Of a stretch of 64,000 nt of DNA, positions 49,890-58,315 are shown in pieces. The stretch is from the NCBI GenBank assembly GCA_965216875.1, contig OZ244207.1:6176001-6240000 (forward strand), given 5' to 3'. The notes under the pieces are model-generated. The model ran no database searches. It was not told where the DNA came from and saw only the letters and a program-made list of their open reading frames with translations. The stretch's first letter is position 1. Each line of letters starts with the position of its first letter. The position numbers and the translations under genes were made by a program. The DNA is from Rubripirellula sp. Lineage in GTDB: Bacteria; Planctomycetota; Planctomycetia; Pirellulales; Pirellulaceae.

Positions 49890-50144
49890 CTAGCGACGCT
49901 TTTTAGCGGCTTTTTTCTTAGCCGTACGCTTCTTAGTAGCTTTCTTCTTGGTAGCTTTCTTCTTAGCTGCTTTCTTTTTAGCAGCCTTCTTCTTAGTCGT
50001 ACGCTTCTTAGCGGCCTTCTTCTTGGTTGCTTTCTTCTTTGCAGCCTTCTTCTTGGTCGCTCGCTTCTTAGTTACTTTCTTCTTAGCGGCCTTCTTTTTG
50101 GTCGCTCGTTTTGTAACTTTCTTCTTCGCTTTTTTCTTGGCCAC
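49890..50144 (-). CDS. Histone H1-like, Lys-rich pentapeptide-repeat protein
   Basis: GGAGG-like RBS before GTG; 84 aa of xxKK(K/R) repeats; own terminator. Confidence 0.8.
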   Translation of the reverse strand: MAKKKAKKKVTKRATKKKAAKKKVTKKRATKKKAAKKKATKKKAAKKRTTKKKAAKKKAAKKKATKKKATKKRTAKKKAAKKRR

Positions 50145-50509
50145 GTTCTTCCTCCGCAAGAAAGGAAACGTTGGCGAGTCCTCGTGACTTTTAAAACGAA
50201 ACGCTTCAGAAGCCACCGGCCACGGCTCACCAACCGTTATTTGTGGTTGAATCTCCGAGCTTCGATGACTCCTTCATTGTCGACATCGGTTTTGCTCATC
50301 CTTTCAACCGTTCAGAAACTGCGCGTAACTTTACGCGCTTCTGTGGATTCCGCAACATCTTTTTTGAAAAAAAGTGCTTGCGTGGAAAAAGTTTTTTGTT
50401 ACGCAGACGCGTTTTTTCACTGCGATTAGTCACTTCTTTGCGCAACACAACGTGCAAAACGTGCGCTATAGACAAGACAAACGCGCATGCGCGCGGTGTT
50501 GGACACTTC

Positions 50510-51310
50510 CTAGTAACGCCAACCACCACGTTGTTGCAGCATCTGAAAATTTGTGATCGCAAGTGACAAAAAAAGTATGCCCATGAACATTTGGTCGTTG
50601 CCAAAACCATACGCGGCAAGCAAACCCGCAGCGATCAAACTGATCCACGTTGCTTGATCGGTGTTACCACCACCAAGTACCACCGCCGATCGACAGATGC
50701 GCCCACCATCAAGCGGCCAAACAGGAACAAGGTTTAACAACCCCCAAAGAACACTTGGCCAAATGTAAAAAATGCTGAACGCAAACAGCCCTGCGTTCTC
50801 GATCGGTTTGCCTTGAACGATCCACTCGATGTTGCCCAAACCAGCCGGCATGAGCTTAAACGCAACGACTTGGTAGTCGCCCATCTTCAGTAAACCGATC
50901 AAGATTGCCGCCGATGCCAGTTGAAATGCCGGTCCAGCAAGCGCAATCCATAGCTCTTGAGACGCGGTCAACTGCGAATAGCTGCGGCCACCACCACCAA
51001 ACGAATCGCGCGGGATCGCCAAACCACCAAAGTGGTACAGCACGATCGATGATTCGATCCCACACATGCGAAAGGCGATCGAGTGGCCAAGTTCGTGGAT
51101 CAAAATCGACACCAGCATGCACAAACCCCAAAGCACATGCAGCGCCGCCAGACCCGGTCCTCGGTCGCCAAGCGAAAACTGAACGAGTTGGATCAATCCG
51201 AACCCAAAAACCAACGCGCCGAGCCAAAAAGACCACGCAACGCGAATCGGAAACCCGAGCAGATTGAAGCGGAGGTCGTAGGGCGACGGGGTCGGTTCTT
51301 GCAGCAACAT
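50510..51310 (-). CDS. Site-2 protease family (peptidase M50)
   Basis: LIHELGH, IALAGP, NLVPVWPLDGG motifs; multiple TMs. Confidence 0.93.
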   Translation of the reverse strand: MLLQEPTPSPYDLRFNLLGFPIRVAWSFWLGALVFGFGLIQLVQFSLGDRGPGLAALHVLWGLCMLVSILIHELGHSIAFRMCGIESSIVLYHFGGLAIPRDSFGGGGRSYSQLTASQELWIALAGPAFQLASAAILIGLLKMGDYQVVAFKLMPAGLGNIEWIVQGKPIENAGLFAFSIFYIWPSVLWGLLNLVPVWPLDGGRICRSAVVLGGGNTDQATWISLIAAGLLAAYGFGNDQMFMGILFLSLAITNFQMLQQRGGWRY

Positions 51311-51468
51311 CGGGTTGGAAAGCTCTGGATCTTTGTTGTCTGTGCCAAGCCGCAGGTCGGCTTGAATCACCGGCGTCGTAAGACCGGCTCCGGACATGAT
51401 GATCCTACGCCGTTATTCTGTCATCGTGGCACGGCGCATGGCTCACCTTTCCTGGCAACCGGATCCGT

Positions 51469-52698
51469 TCATGGCAATCGGAACACAGAATACCTTGAAT
51501 CAGCACCTAGGTTACCAAACGTCTTACCGTACTTCTCCTTCAAGGCACGTACCTTGCGGCGGCTGATCGGATTGTAGGCTAAGTGGATCTTCGTTCGCTT
51601 GCGGCGTTTCTTGGCTCGAGCCAATTGGTCAACGCCAAGATGACCGATTCGATTTCGACGCAAATTCAACTCGACCAGGTTTTCTAGCAGATCACTCTCG
51701 CAAAGTGCTTCGATCCCATCATCGCGTATGCGATTGGATGAAAGATCGAGTTGCCTAAGATGGGGGTAGTGCTGGCACAGCTCCATCAACACATTGCTTG
51801 GACACCTGCCGCCGTAGCTGAGCCGCGATAAGTTGGGCAACGGATCATCAACGTTGAAGACATCGGGATCCGGAAGCGATCGACTTCGGATCATCAGGTC
51901 TTCGAGTTCACGACACGAAGTTCCCGATTGCAGTTTCCGAATCGCATGTTGTCCAAAGACACCCGAAACGTGCAACGTCTTGAGTTGTCGCAAGTTTGGT
52001 GCCTCTGCGAACGCTTGCAACGAATCATCGTATTCGCTGGCGAGCGTTAGCGAACGCAAGCTAGTGAGCTCGCTTGAACCGGCGATGAACTTGCCCACAC
52101 CGTGGTTGTGCCTGATCAACGACAACGATTCGAGTTTGCGGAACGAAGGCTGGTTTGCGATCAGTCGACCGATTTGCTGGGGCAATTCCGATTCGTCAAT
52201 CAACAGCGATCGAAGGTTTCGCAGTCGGCCACAGGCGAACAATCCCTCAAGCTGGCTTTCACGTGCTCGCGTGTTGAGCAGCTTCAATGACGAAAGTTGT
52301 TCGAGGTGTTCGGACTTTTGCAGGTCATCGAACTTGGCGGACGTGTAGCGAAGCACAACCGAACGCACGGGAGAATTGGCAAAGATCTCGTCTTGGAGCT
52401 TCAAGAACTTTGCAACGGAAACTTCAACCTTGTCGATGAACCCGCCGCGAGTCCCAATCACTTTTACGAAGGTCGGCACACTTCCGAAATGCCCATATTG
52501 GCGCAGCAGTTTCAGTTCACGACTTCTTAGCTTGCGGCGTTTCGGATCCCACTTGTCGATGTCGGCAAGCTGAAACTGCAATCGAATCAACTCGCCGCGC
52601 GGATCACCCTGCTCTTCCAGATAGTCGGCAAAAACGAGACGCGCGGCATCTTCGTGCGGGTTCGCGATGATCGCAGCAATGAAGTCGTCAGGTGTCAC
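51469..52698 (-). CDS. TIGR02996 (repeat-companion) domain protein with leucine-rich repeats
   Basis: FIAAIIANPHEDAARLVFADYLEEQGDPRGELIRLQ, RGGF, then LxxLxLxxN repeats; start GTG 52698 or TTG 52734. Confidence 0.9.
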   Translation of the reverse strand: MTPDDFIAAIIANPHEDAARLVFADYLEEQGDPRGELIRLQFQLADIDKWDPKRRKLRSRELKLLRQYGHFGSVPTFVKVIGTRGGFIDKVEVSVAKFLKLQDEIFANSPVRSVVLRYTSAKFDDLQKSEHLEQLSSLKLLNTRARESQLEGLFACGRLRNLRSLLIDESELPQQIGRLIANQPSFRKLESLSLIRHNHGVGKFIAGSSELTSLRSLTLASEYDDSLQAFAEAPNLRQLKTLHVSGVFGQHAIRKLQSGTSCRELEDLMIRSRSLPDPDVFNVDDPLPNLSRLSYGGRCPSNVLMELCQHYPHLRQLDLSSNRIRDDGIEALCESDLLENLVELNLRRNRIGHLGVDQLARAKKRRKRTKIHLAYNPISRRKVRALKEKYGKTFGNLGADSRYSVFRLP

Positions 52699-52717
52699 GT
52701 CGAAACCCCGCGGCTTG

Positions 52718-55012
52718 TTAACCAATCTCGACAAGCGATTTCAAATCGATCACCAACGGTTGGTCGCCGTCGATCGCCAACAATCGTCGTGCGATCTTGG
52801 CTACGACCTCTTGTTCGATCACACGCTGCAGCGGACGAGCCCCAAGCAACGGATCAAAGCCGACAGCCGCAATCCGTTTGACCACGGAATCGTCCCAGAC
52901 CAACGTGACCCGCTTGTCGGTCAGCGTTTCACGTTGCTGAAGTGATTCAAGTTCTTTCTCAACGATCTTTTCGATCACATCGGCTGGCAACGCATCAAAG
53001 GTCACGACTTCGTCGAGTCGGTTCAAGAACTCGGGCCGAAACTCCTGTTCAATGGCTCGTTGCAGTGCGCGATTGTCTTCGCCCGTGAATCCAATCGACG
53101 CGCTGCTTTTGGCGCCCACGTTGCTCGTCATGATGATGATCGAACCACAAAGGGTGGTCGTTCGGCCAAAACGATCGGTCAACCTTCCCTCATCAAGGGC
53201 GGACAACAAACAATCGTGGACTTCGGTCGATGCTTTTTCAAATTCATCCAACAGCAACACCGACATTGGGCGTGCTCGCAATCGCGCAATCCAAGCGGCG
53301 ACCTCACCACTCGGCTCCATCAAGAACCGATCGACGGCGTCCCAACTTCCGTACTCACTCATGTCGAGACGGACGATCGTCTTTTCAAGTAGGTCTGTGT
53401 GGCCGAACAAATAGTCGGCCAAGCTTCGAGCAAGCTGTGTCTTGCCAACTCCTGTTGGACCGCAAAACAACATCGTTGCGACAGGACGACCGGGATCACA
53501 AAGGCCCGCCTTGAGTCGCAAGATCGTATTGGAAGCCGAATCGACAGCGGAATCTTGCCCGATCACCGATTGACGTAGCGAATCGCGAACCGACTCGGCC
53601 GAAAGCGTCACCGAGTCGCGGAGCATCGCTTCAGGCAATCCCGTCAACTTCGTAAAGCGGTCGACAATGTCTCCAACCGCGATCCGCATCTTACGGGTAT
53701 CTTGCTGATCGGCGCCGTTTTGTTGTTGCCAAGTTTGGGTTGATGAATCATCAAGGGTCTGCTGAATCAGATCACCAATCAATTCAACGGTGCCGCGCGG
53801 AGGCGATTGGTACGGCATGAATTGAGCGAACAGTCGCGTCACGGTTTCCGCCGCCGACTCTTCGATCTCGATTCGGTGGTTACGGCCAGCTCCCGAGAGC
53901 ATCGTCTCAGCAATGTCCCGTGTTTGATCATGGGTGAGCGTTGGAACATTGACGATCTGAAAACACTCAACCCAACCCGGTAACAGTCGCCGCGCAGCAT
54001 CAAGTTCTTCGTGAGTCGCTTCGGCGATCACGCGCACTTCGCGTCGACGGATGTAGGGCAACAAAAACGCGGCCAGCGAATCGGTCGGTTGTGAACCACC
54101 GAGGCGCACTAAGTCGACGAGCGATGTGAACGACAGGATTCCGGATATCGACTCCAACTCGGAGATCACTTGTTCAAGCCGCTGCTCCCATTCGCCCAAG
54201 TACTGCATGCCGGCGATCAGGTTCTCGGCCGAAGATTCCCACACCAGGGGCGGCGGAGTGCGATCACCATCGATCTTGGCCTGTTGGCGCGCGTTGGTTT
54301 GATGCAGTTGCGATGCCAAACGCACAACCGTTGATTTTCCACAGCCGGATGGCCCGACCAGAATCAGGCTCGAATCGATCATCCCGCTTAAAACTTGTGC
54401 CACTTCATTGTCGCGATGCTTCAGCGGAGCTGATTTCTGTTTGCGTTGGCGAACATCGATCGGAGAGGCAACGGTCGAAAGCGTTTCGGTGTTGTGCTGT
54501 GGCTTGCGGTCTTCGACGTCGCGCAGCTTGACGCGCACCACGCGCAGTTCCGAATCCGCGGGCGGGGTGGCTGCGAGAAGTTCGCGTGAATCGATCTGTG
54601 CCGTTGCGCCACGAACCGACTCTTCGATCAGTTTCGGCAGTTCGCGAATTGCTGGGCAATGAAAAACAACATCGAAGTCGGTTAGAAAACACTCGACGCT
54701 CTTGTCGACGTAGTGACCCAAGACATACCGAACCGGCAACTTGAGTTCTCGGCTGGCGGGAAACTGTCGGTTTTCGTCACGGTAATAAAGTCGTACGCGA
54801 ACGCTGGTTTCGTTTAGTTCGAACGAGTCGATTCGCGGCCAGTATTGATCGGGCTCGCGCATTCCCTGTTTGCGCAAGTAGTCTCGCACCCAGCTGAATG
54901 CTTCGGACGCAGACGTACCGGCAGCATCCGCGTCGGGTCCGTCAACCACGCGGGCGGTGAAGATGTCTTCGGCGTACTTCGTTACAAGAACGGGAACTTT
55001 TACACTTGTCAT
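52718..55012 (-). CDS. Divergent ClpA/ClpB-type double AAA+ ATPase (copy 3, short)
   Basis: D1 GPSGCGKS; D2 GPTGVGKT, RLDMSEY, LLLDEFEKA, FRPEFLNRLD, GARPL; SIGF loop. Confidence 0.88.
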   Translation of the reverse strand: MTSVKVPVLVTKYAEDIFTARVVDGPDADAAGTSASEAFSWVRDYLRKQGMREPDQYWPRIDSFELNETSVRVRLYYRDENRQFPASRELKLPVRYVLGHYVDKSVECFLTDFDVVFHCPAIRELPKLIEESVRGATAQIDSRELLAATPPADSELRVVRVKLRDVEDRKPQHNTETLSTVASPIDVRQRKQKSAPLKHRDNEVAQVLSGMIDSSLILVGPSGCGKSTVVRLASQLHQTNARQQAKIDGDRTPPPLVWESSAENLIAGMQYLGEWEQRLEQVISELESISGILSFTSLVDLVRLGGSQPTDSLAAFLLPYIRRREVRVIAEATHEELDAARRLLPGWVECFQIVNVPTLTHDQTRDIAETMLSGAGRNHRIEIEESAAETVTRLFAQFMPYQSPPRGTVELIGDLIQQTLDDSSTQTWQQQNGADQQDTRKMRIAVGDIVDRFTKLTGLPEAMLRDSVTLSAESVRDSLRQSVIGQDSAVDSASNTILRLKAGLCDPGRPVATMLFCGPTGVGKTQLARSLADYLFGHTDLLEKTIVRLDMSEYGSWDAVDRFLMEPSGEVAAWIARLRARPMSVLLLDEFEKASTEVHDCLLSALDEGRLTDRFGRTTTLCGSIIIMTSNVGAKSSASIGFTGEDNRALQRAIEQEFRPEFLNRLDEVVTFDALPADVIEKIVEKELESLQQRETLTDKRVTLVWDDSVVKRIAAVGFDPLLGARPLQRVIEQEVVAKIARRLLAIDGDQPLVIDLKSLVEIG

Positions 55013-58000
55013 TTCGTTGCCTCTTTGTGATCGGGCAAGAATTCGACACTACGGCGCGACTGGCGAACCAATTTCATGAGCGCCACCTGGCCCAACGATT
55101 GGCTGACCGCTGCGCCGCTGACCAAGTCGACCAGTGGCCCACCCGATTGAAGCACGCGTCGAATCGGCGAGATTCGTTCAGGCTGTGGCTCGTTCATCCA
55201 GCGTTGGTGTGCATCGTCGTCTGATTCGTTCGCATCGAGCGGTCTTGCACTCACCTCAGCTAACAAAAACTCACCGGTTGGTCGGACGATCAGCCAGCCG
55301 CCGAGCAAATGGTCGATCGTGGCTTTGGCGAGTGCTCCTTGGACGATGTAAAAACAGACATCGCGACTCGCATCCGCAACAAGGTTTTCATCGCCAACCA
55401 TCCATTGGTGAATGATCGACGACACGATGCACGGTTCAACGTACGAATCGACTTCGGGCCATTGCTTTGACCATTCCGACGACGGTCGATGAAACTCGGA
55501 CCGTCCGTACCAACGGATCGACAGCGCCCACCGATGCGACATCCCACGTGCGGAGAGTTGTCCATGCAATCGCCCCATCTCGTTCAAGAACTGATCTCGC
55601 GTTTCGTCCAACTCGCCAGAATCAACATCAACGAGTGAATCCTGCAGGTAGTCCATGATGTCATCGACCGCTTGCAAATCGCGCATGTCGATTGTGCTGT
55701 TTGGTTCGAAGCGTTTTCCAACCATGCTCGATCCTGGAACAGGAACCGGTGTCGATTGCGGCTTCTGCAGCTTTGGTTTCTGCTGAGTCTCGGTCAGTTT
55801 GCGCAGCGTCTGGCGACACTCCAGCAAACTGTCGCGAAGTGTCATCGTTTCAAACTGTTTGGGATCGACGCCTTCGCCGCCGAGTTCGAAACTTAGTGGC
55901 ACGCCTTCGATTTCGTCGGCAATCTCGTCGAGCCACAATTGACTGCGTCGCAGAAGCTCGGTCAGCGGCATGTTGGCGTCAGTCGCAACCGGCTTGGCGT
56001 ATTCGATCGGCTGCCAGCGCGTTTGAACGGATTCGCCATCAAGGTAGAGGCGCAAGATCGTTGGTTGGTCCGTCGGTGTGGACGCGAGAACTTGCGACGC
56101 GGGTCCGACAAGATCACGTTCGATTTGACGCTTAAGCGCGCGAGCCCCCATCGACGGGTCGTAACCTCGCGACGCCGTCCATTTGATGGCCGCTTCGTCC
56201 ACATCGATCAAAACGCTGCGTCGCTGCAAACCGTCTCGTTGAAGCACATCATCCAATTGCATCCAGGCGATCGATTCCATCGTCTCGGTTGACAATCGCT
56301 CAAAGCTCAACACATCGTCGATACGATTGAAGAACTCGGGGCGAAAGAACTCTTGGGCCGCTTTGCGATGAACATCGCCGATGACTTTTTCATCGGTCAC
56401 ATCAGAAAAGCCGCTACCACGCCCGGACTGTCGTGACCCGAGGTTGCTTGTCATCAAGATCAACAGTCCTGACAGATCCACGGTGCGTCCCCGCGCATCA
56501 CTCAGCCGCGCTTCACCAATCGCGTGCAATAGGACATCAAGAACGGTTGGGTGCGCCTTTTCGATCTCGTCTAGCAACAGGACTGCGTGCGGTCGGCGGC
56601 GAACGGCACTGGTCAACATTCCGTCGGGGGCATCGAACGTTCCAATCAAGCGCGACGCGGAAGCCGGAGACGACAATTCGTTCATGTCCAACCGAATCAA
56701 CCCGCCGCTATCGAACATGCATTCAGCAACCGCCTTGGCAAGTTGCGTCTTGCCGACGCCAGTTGGGCCAACCAACAAAAAGGTTCCCAACGGCCGATTG
56801 GTATCATTCATCTGAGCCGCAGCGATCATGATTCGATCAATCAGTTTTTCGACCGCCGCATCCTGCCCAACGACTGACTGGCGAATCGAGCGGTCCATCG
56901 CAACGCGCGTTAACGCTTGACGGCGATCGATCATCGATGGAAGCAAGCCCGAACGCGATTGAAATTCGTTGATCGCCAACTCACGGTTGACCATTCGGCC
57001 CTGGGGGCGGGCGGCGAGTCGGTAAAGCGCCGCAGCCGCCTTGCCTGGCAACACCGAAGATCGATCAAATCGATCGTACAGCGACACGATTTCGGGGATC
57101 ACGTCGGTATCGAAAAACAATTTGCCATTGGCTTCGAGCTTGCGCTGAATGCCGACCAGCGTTTCCATGGTGCGGCGAGTGTCGAGCGCTTCGGTCGGTA
57201 CCACGACCATCCGATCGGCCAAAGTTCGATCACGTTCGCGAAGGATCGCCCAAGCTTCGGGAGTCATTTCAGCGAGAAGACGTACGGGCCGAATATCAAG
57301 TTGAGCGCGCAGCGTGTCGGCGACACACATACTGCTGTCTCTGCACTTGCCTGCCTCGTAAAGCCCAAGCAAGTCATCGAAGTACAAGATGTGATCGTAG
57401 CGATAGGCGTGCTTCAAAATCCCGAGCACACGCTCCTGCCATTGACCCAAGTAGCTCATGCCCGAAATCAAACGCGCGGGCGAAAGATGCCAAACTTGAC
57501 CCCGTGTTGCCGATTTCGATCGCAAGCGCCGACGCCGCACTGCACCTTCGATGCGCGCGGTCTTGCCGCTGCCGGATGGCCCGACCAAAACCACACCTCG
57601 CCGGTCGCCAACTTCCATCAAGTGCATGAGTCGTTGAACGTCGTCGCCCACACTGATCGGATCGCAAAGTTCGTCGATATCGACCCAGTTCAAACAACGT
57701 CCGACCTGGCGCAATTGCGAAGCACCATCCGAGACGTCTTGTCCGCCGAGTAGCGCTCGAAGCGGGTCGACCGCCTTCTTCTGTGCTTTCTGGGCCATCA
57801 CCTCGATCGTGACGTAGTCGACCCAAGCTTTGCCTTCGATGCTGTGGTGTTCCACAGGGTATTCAGGACGATCCTTACGAATCTTGCGAAAGTAGGACTC
57901 GTAGACTTCGGCTGCCCGCGTCTCGATCGATTCGCCTTCTTCAACGTCGAACCACGAGTCGAAAAGCGTGGGTGAAAACACCAGGCGACGTCCATGCCGA

Positions 58001-58299
58001 ATCATGCTGACGAGCAACAACTTGAGGTTGGCGGTGCGATCGCGGAGGTCTAGCGACAATTTGACCAATCGGTCATCCATCATGTCGGCTTCATGCCACT
58101 GCAATAGCTGTTGGTGGTCGCTCTCGCGCGCAAGTGGCGCCAGTTCGACGCGAAGTTTGTTTGTCAGTTTGGCGATGACCTTGCCCAATTCGGTTCCCCG
58201 CATGACGGGCTCAGGGAAAAAGAGTGGGCGCACCGTGATCGGCGGAGTGGTTCCCCGATTGCGGCGTTGCTGGACGTAAATAGGTATGGTGATTTTCAT
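55009..58299 (-). CDS. Divergent ClpA/ClpB-type double AAA+ ATPase (copy 2) with long C-terminal extension
   Basis: D1 GPSGSGKT, ILYFDD, LPGKA; D2 GPTGVGKT, LLLDEIEKAHP, FRPEFFNRID, GARAL; ATGA overlap with copy 3. Confidence 0.88.
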   Translation of the reverse strand: MKITIPIYVQQRRNRGTTPPITVRPLFFPEPVMRGTELGKVIAKLTNKLRVELAPLARESDHQQLLQWHEADMMDDRLVKLSLDLRDRTANLKLLLVSMIRHGRRLVFSPTLFDSWFDVEEGESIETRAAEVYESYFRKIRKDRPEYPVEHHSIEGKAWVDYVTIEVMAQKAQKKAVDPLRALLGGQDVSDGASQLRQVGRCLNWVDIDELCDPISVGDDVQRLMHLMEVGDRRGVVLVGPSGSGKTARIEGAVRRRRLRSKSATRGQVWHLSPARLISGMSYLGQWQERVLGILKHAYRYDHILYFDDLLGLYEAGKCRDSSMCVADTLRAQLDIRPVRLLAEMTPEAWAILRERDRTLADRMVVVPTEALDTRRTMETLVGIQRKLEANGKLFFDTDVIPEIVSLYDRFDRSSVLPGKAAAALYRLAARPQGRMVNRELAINEFQSRSGLLPSMIDRRQALTRVAMDRSIRQSVVGQDAAVEKLIDRIMIAAAQMNDTNRPLGTFLLVGPTGVGKTQLAKAVAECMFDSGGLIRLDMNELSSPASASRLIGTFDAPDGMLTSAVRRRPHAVLLLDEIEKAHPTVLDVLLHAIGEARLSDARGRTVDLSGLLILMTSNLGSRQSGRGSGFSDVTDEKVIGDVHRKAAQEFFRPEFFNRIDDVLSFERLSTETMESIAWMQLDDVLQRDGLQRRSVLIDVDEAAIKWTASRGYDPSMGARALKRQIERDLVGPASQVLASTPTDQPTILRLYLDGESVQTRWQPIEYAKPVATDANMPLTELLRRSQLWLDEIADEIEGVPLSFELGGEGVDPKQFETMTLRDSLLECRQTLRKLTETQQKPKLQKPQSTPVPVPGSSMVGKRFEPNSTIDMRDLQAVDDIMDYLQDSLVDVDSGELDETRDQFLNEMGRLHGQLSARGMSHRWALSIRWYGRSEFHRPSSEWSKQWPEVDSYVEPCIVSSIIHQWMVGDENLVADASRDVCFYIVQGALAKATIDHLLGGWLIVRPTGEFLLAEVSARPLDANESDDDAHQRWMNEPQPERISPIRRVLQSGGPLVDLVSGAAVSQSLGQVALMKLVRQSRRSVEFLPDHKEATK

Positions 58300-58315
58300 G
58301 TTGATCGCGGTCGTG

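Noticed and set aside
49557..50429. 290-aa plus-strand ORF rich in L/F/S
   Set aside because: Antisense shadow of the Lys-rich gene and REP repeats
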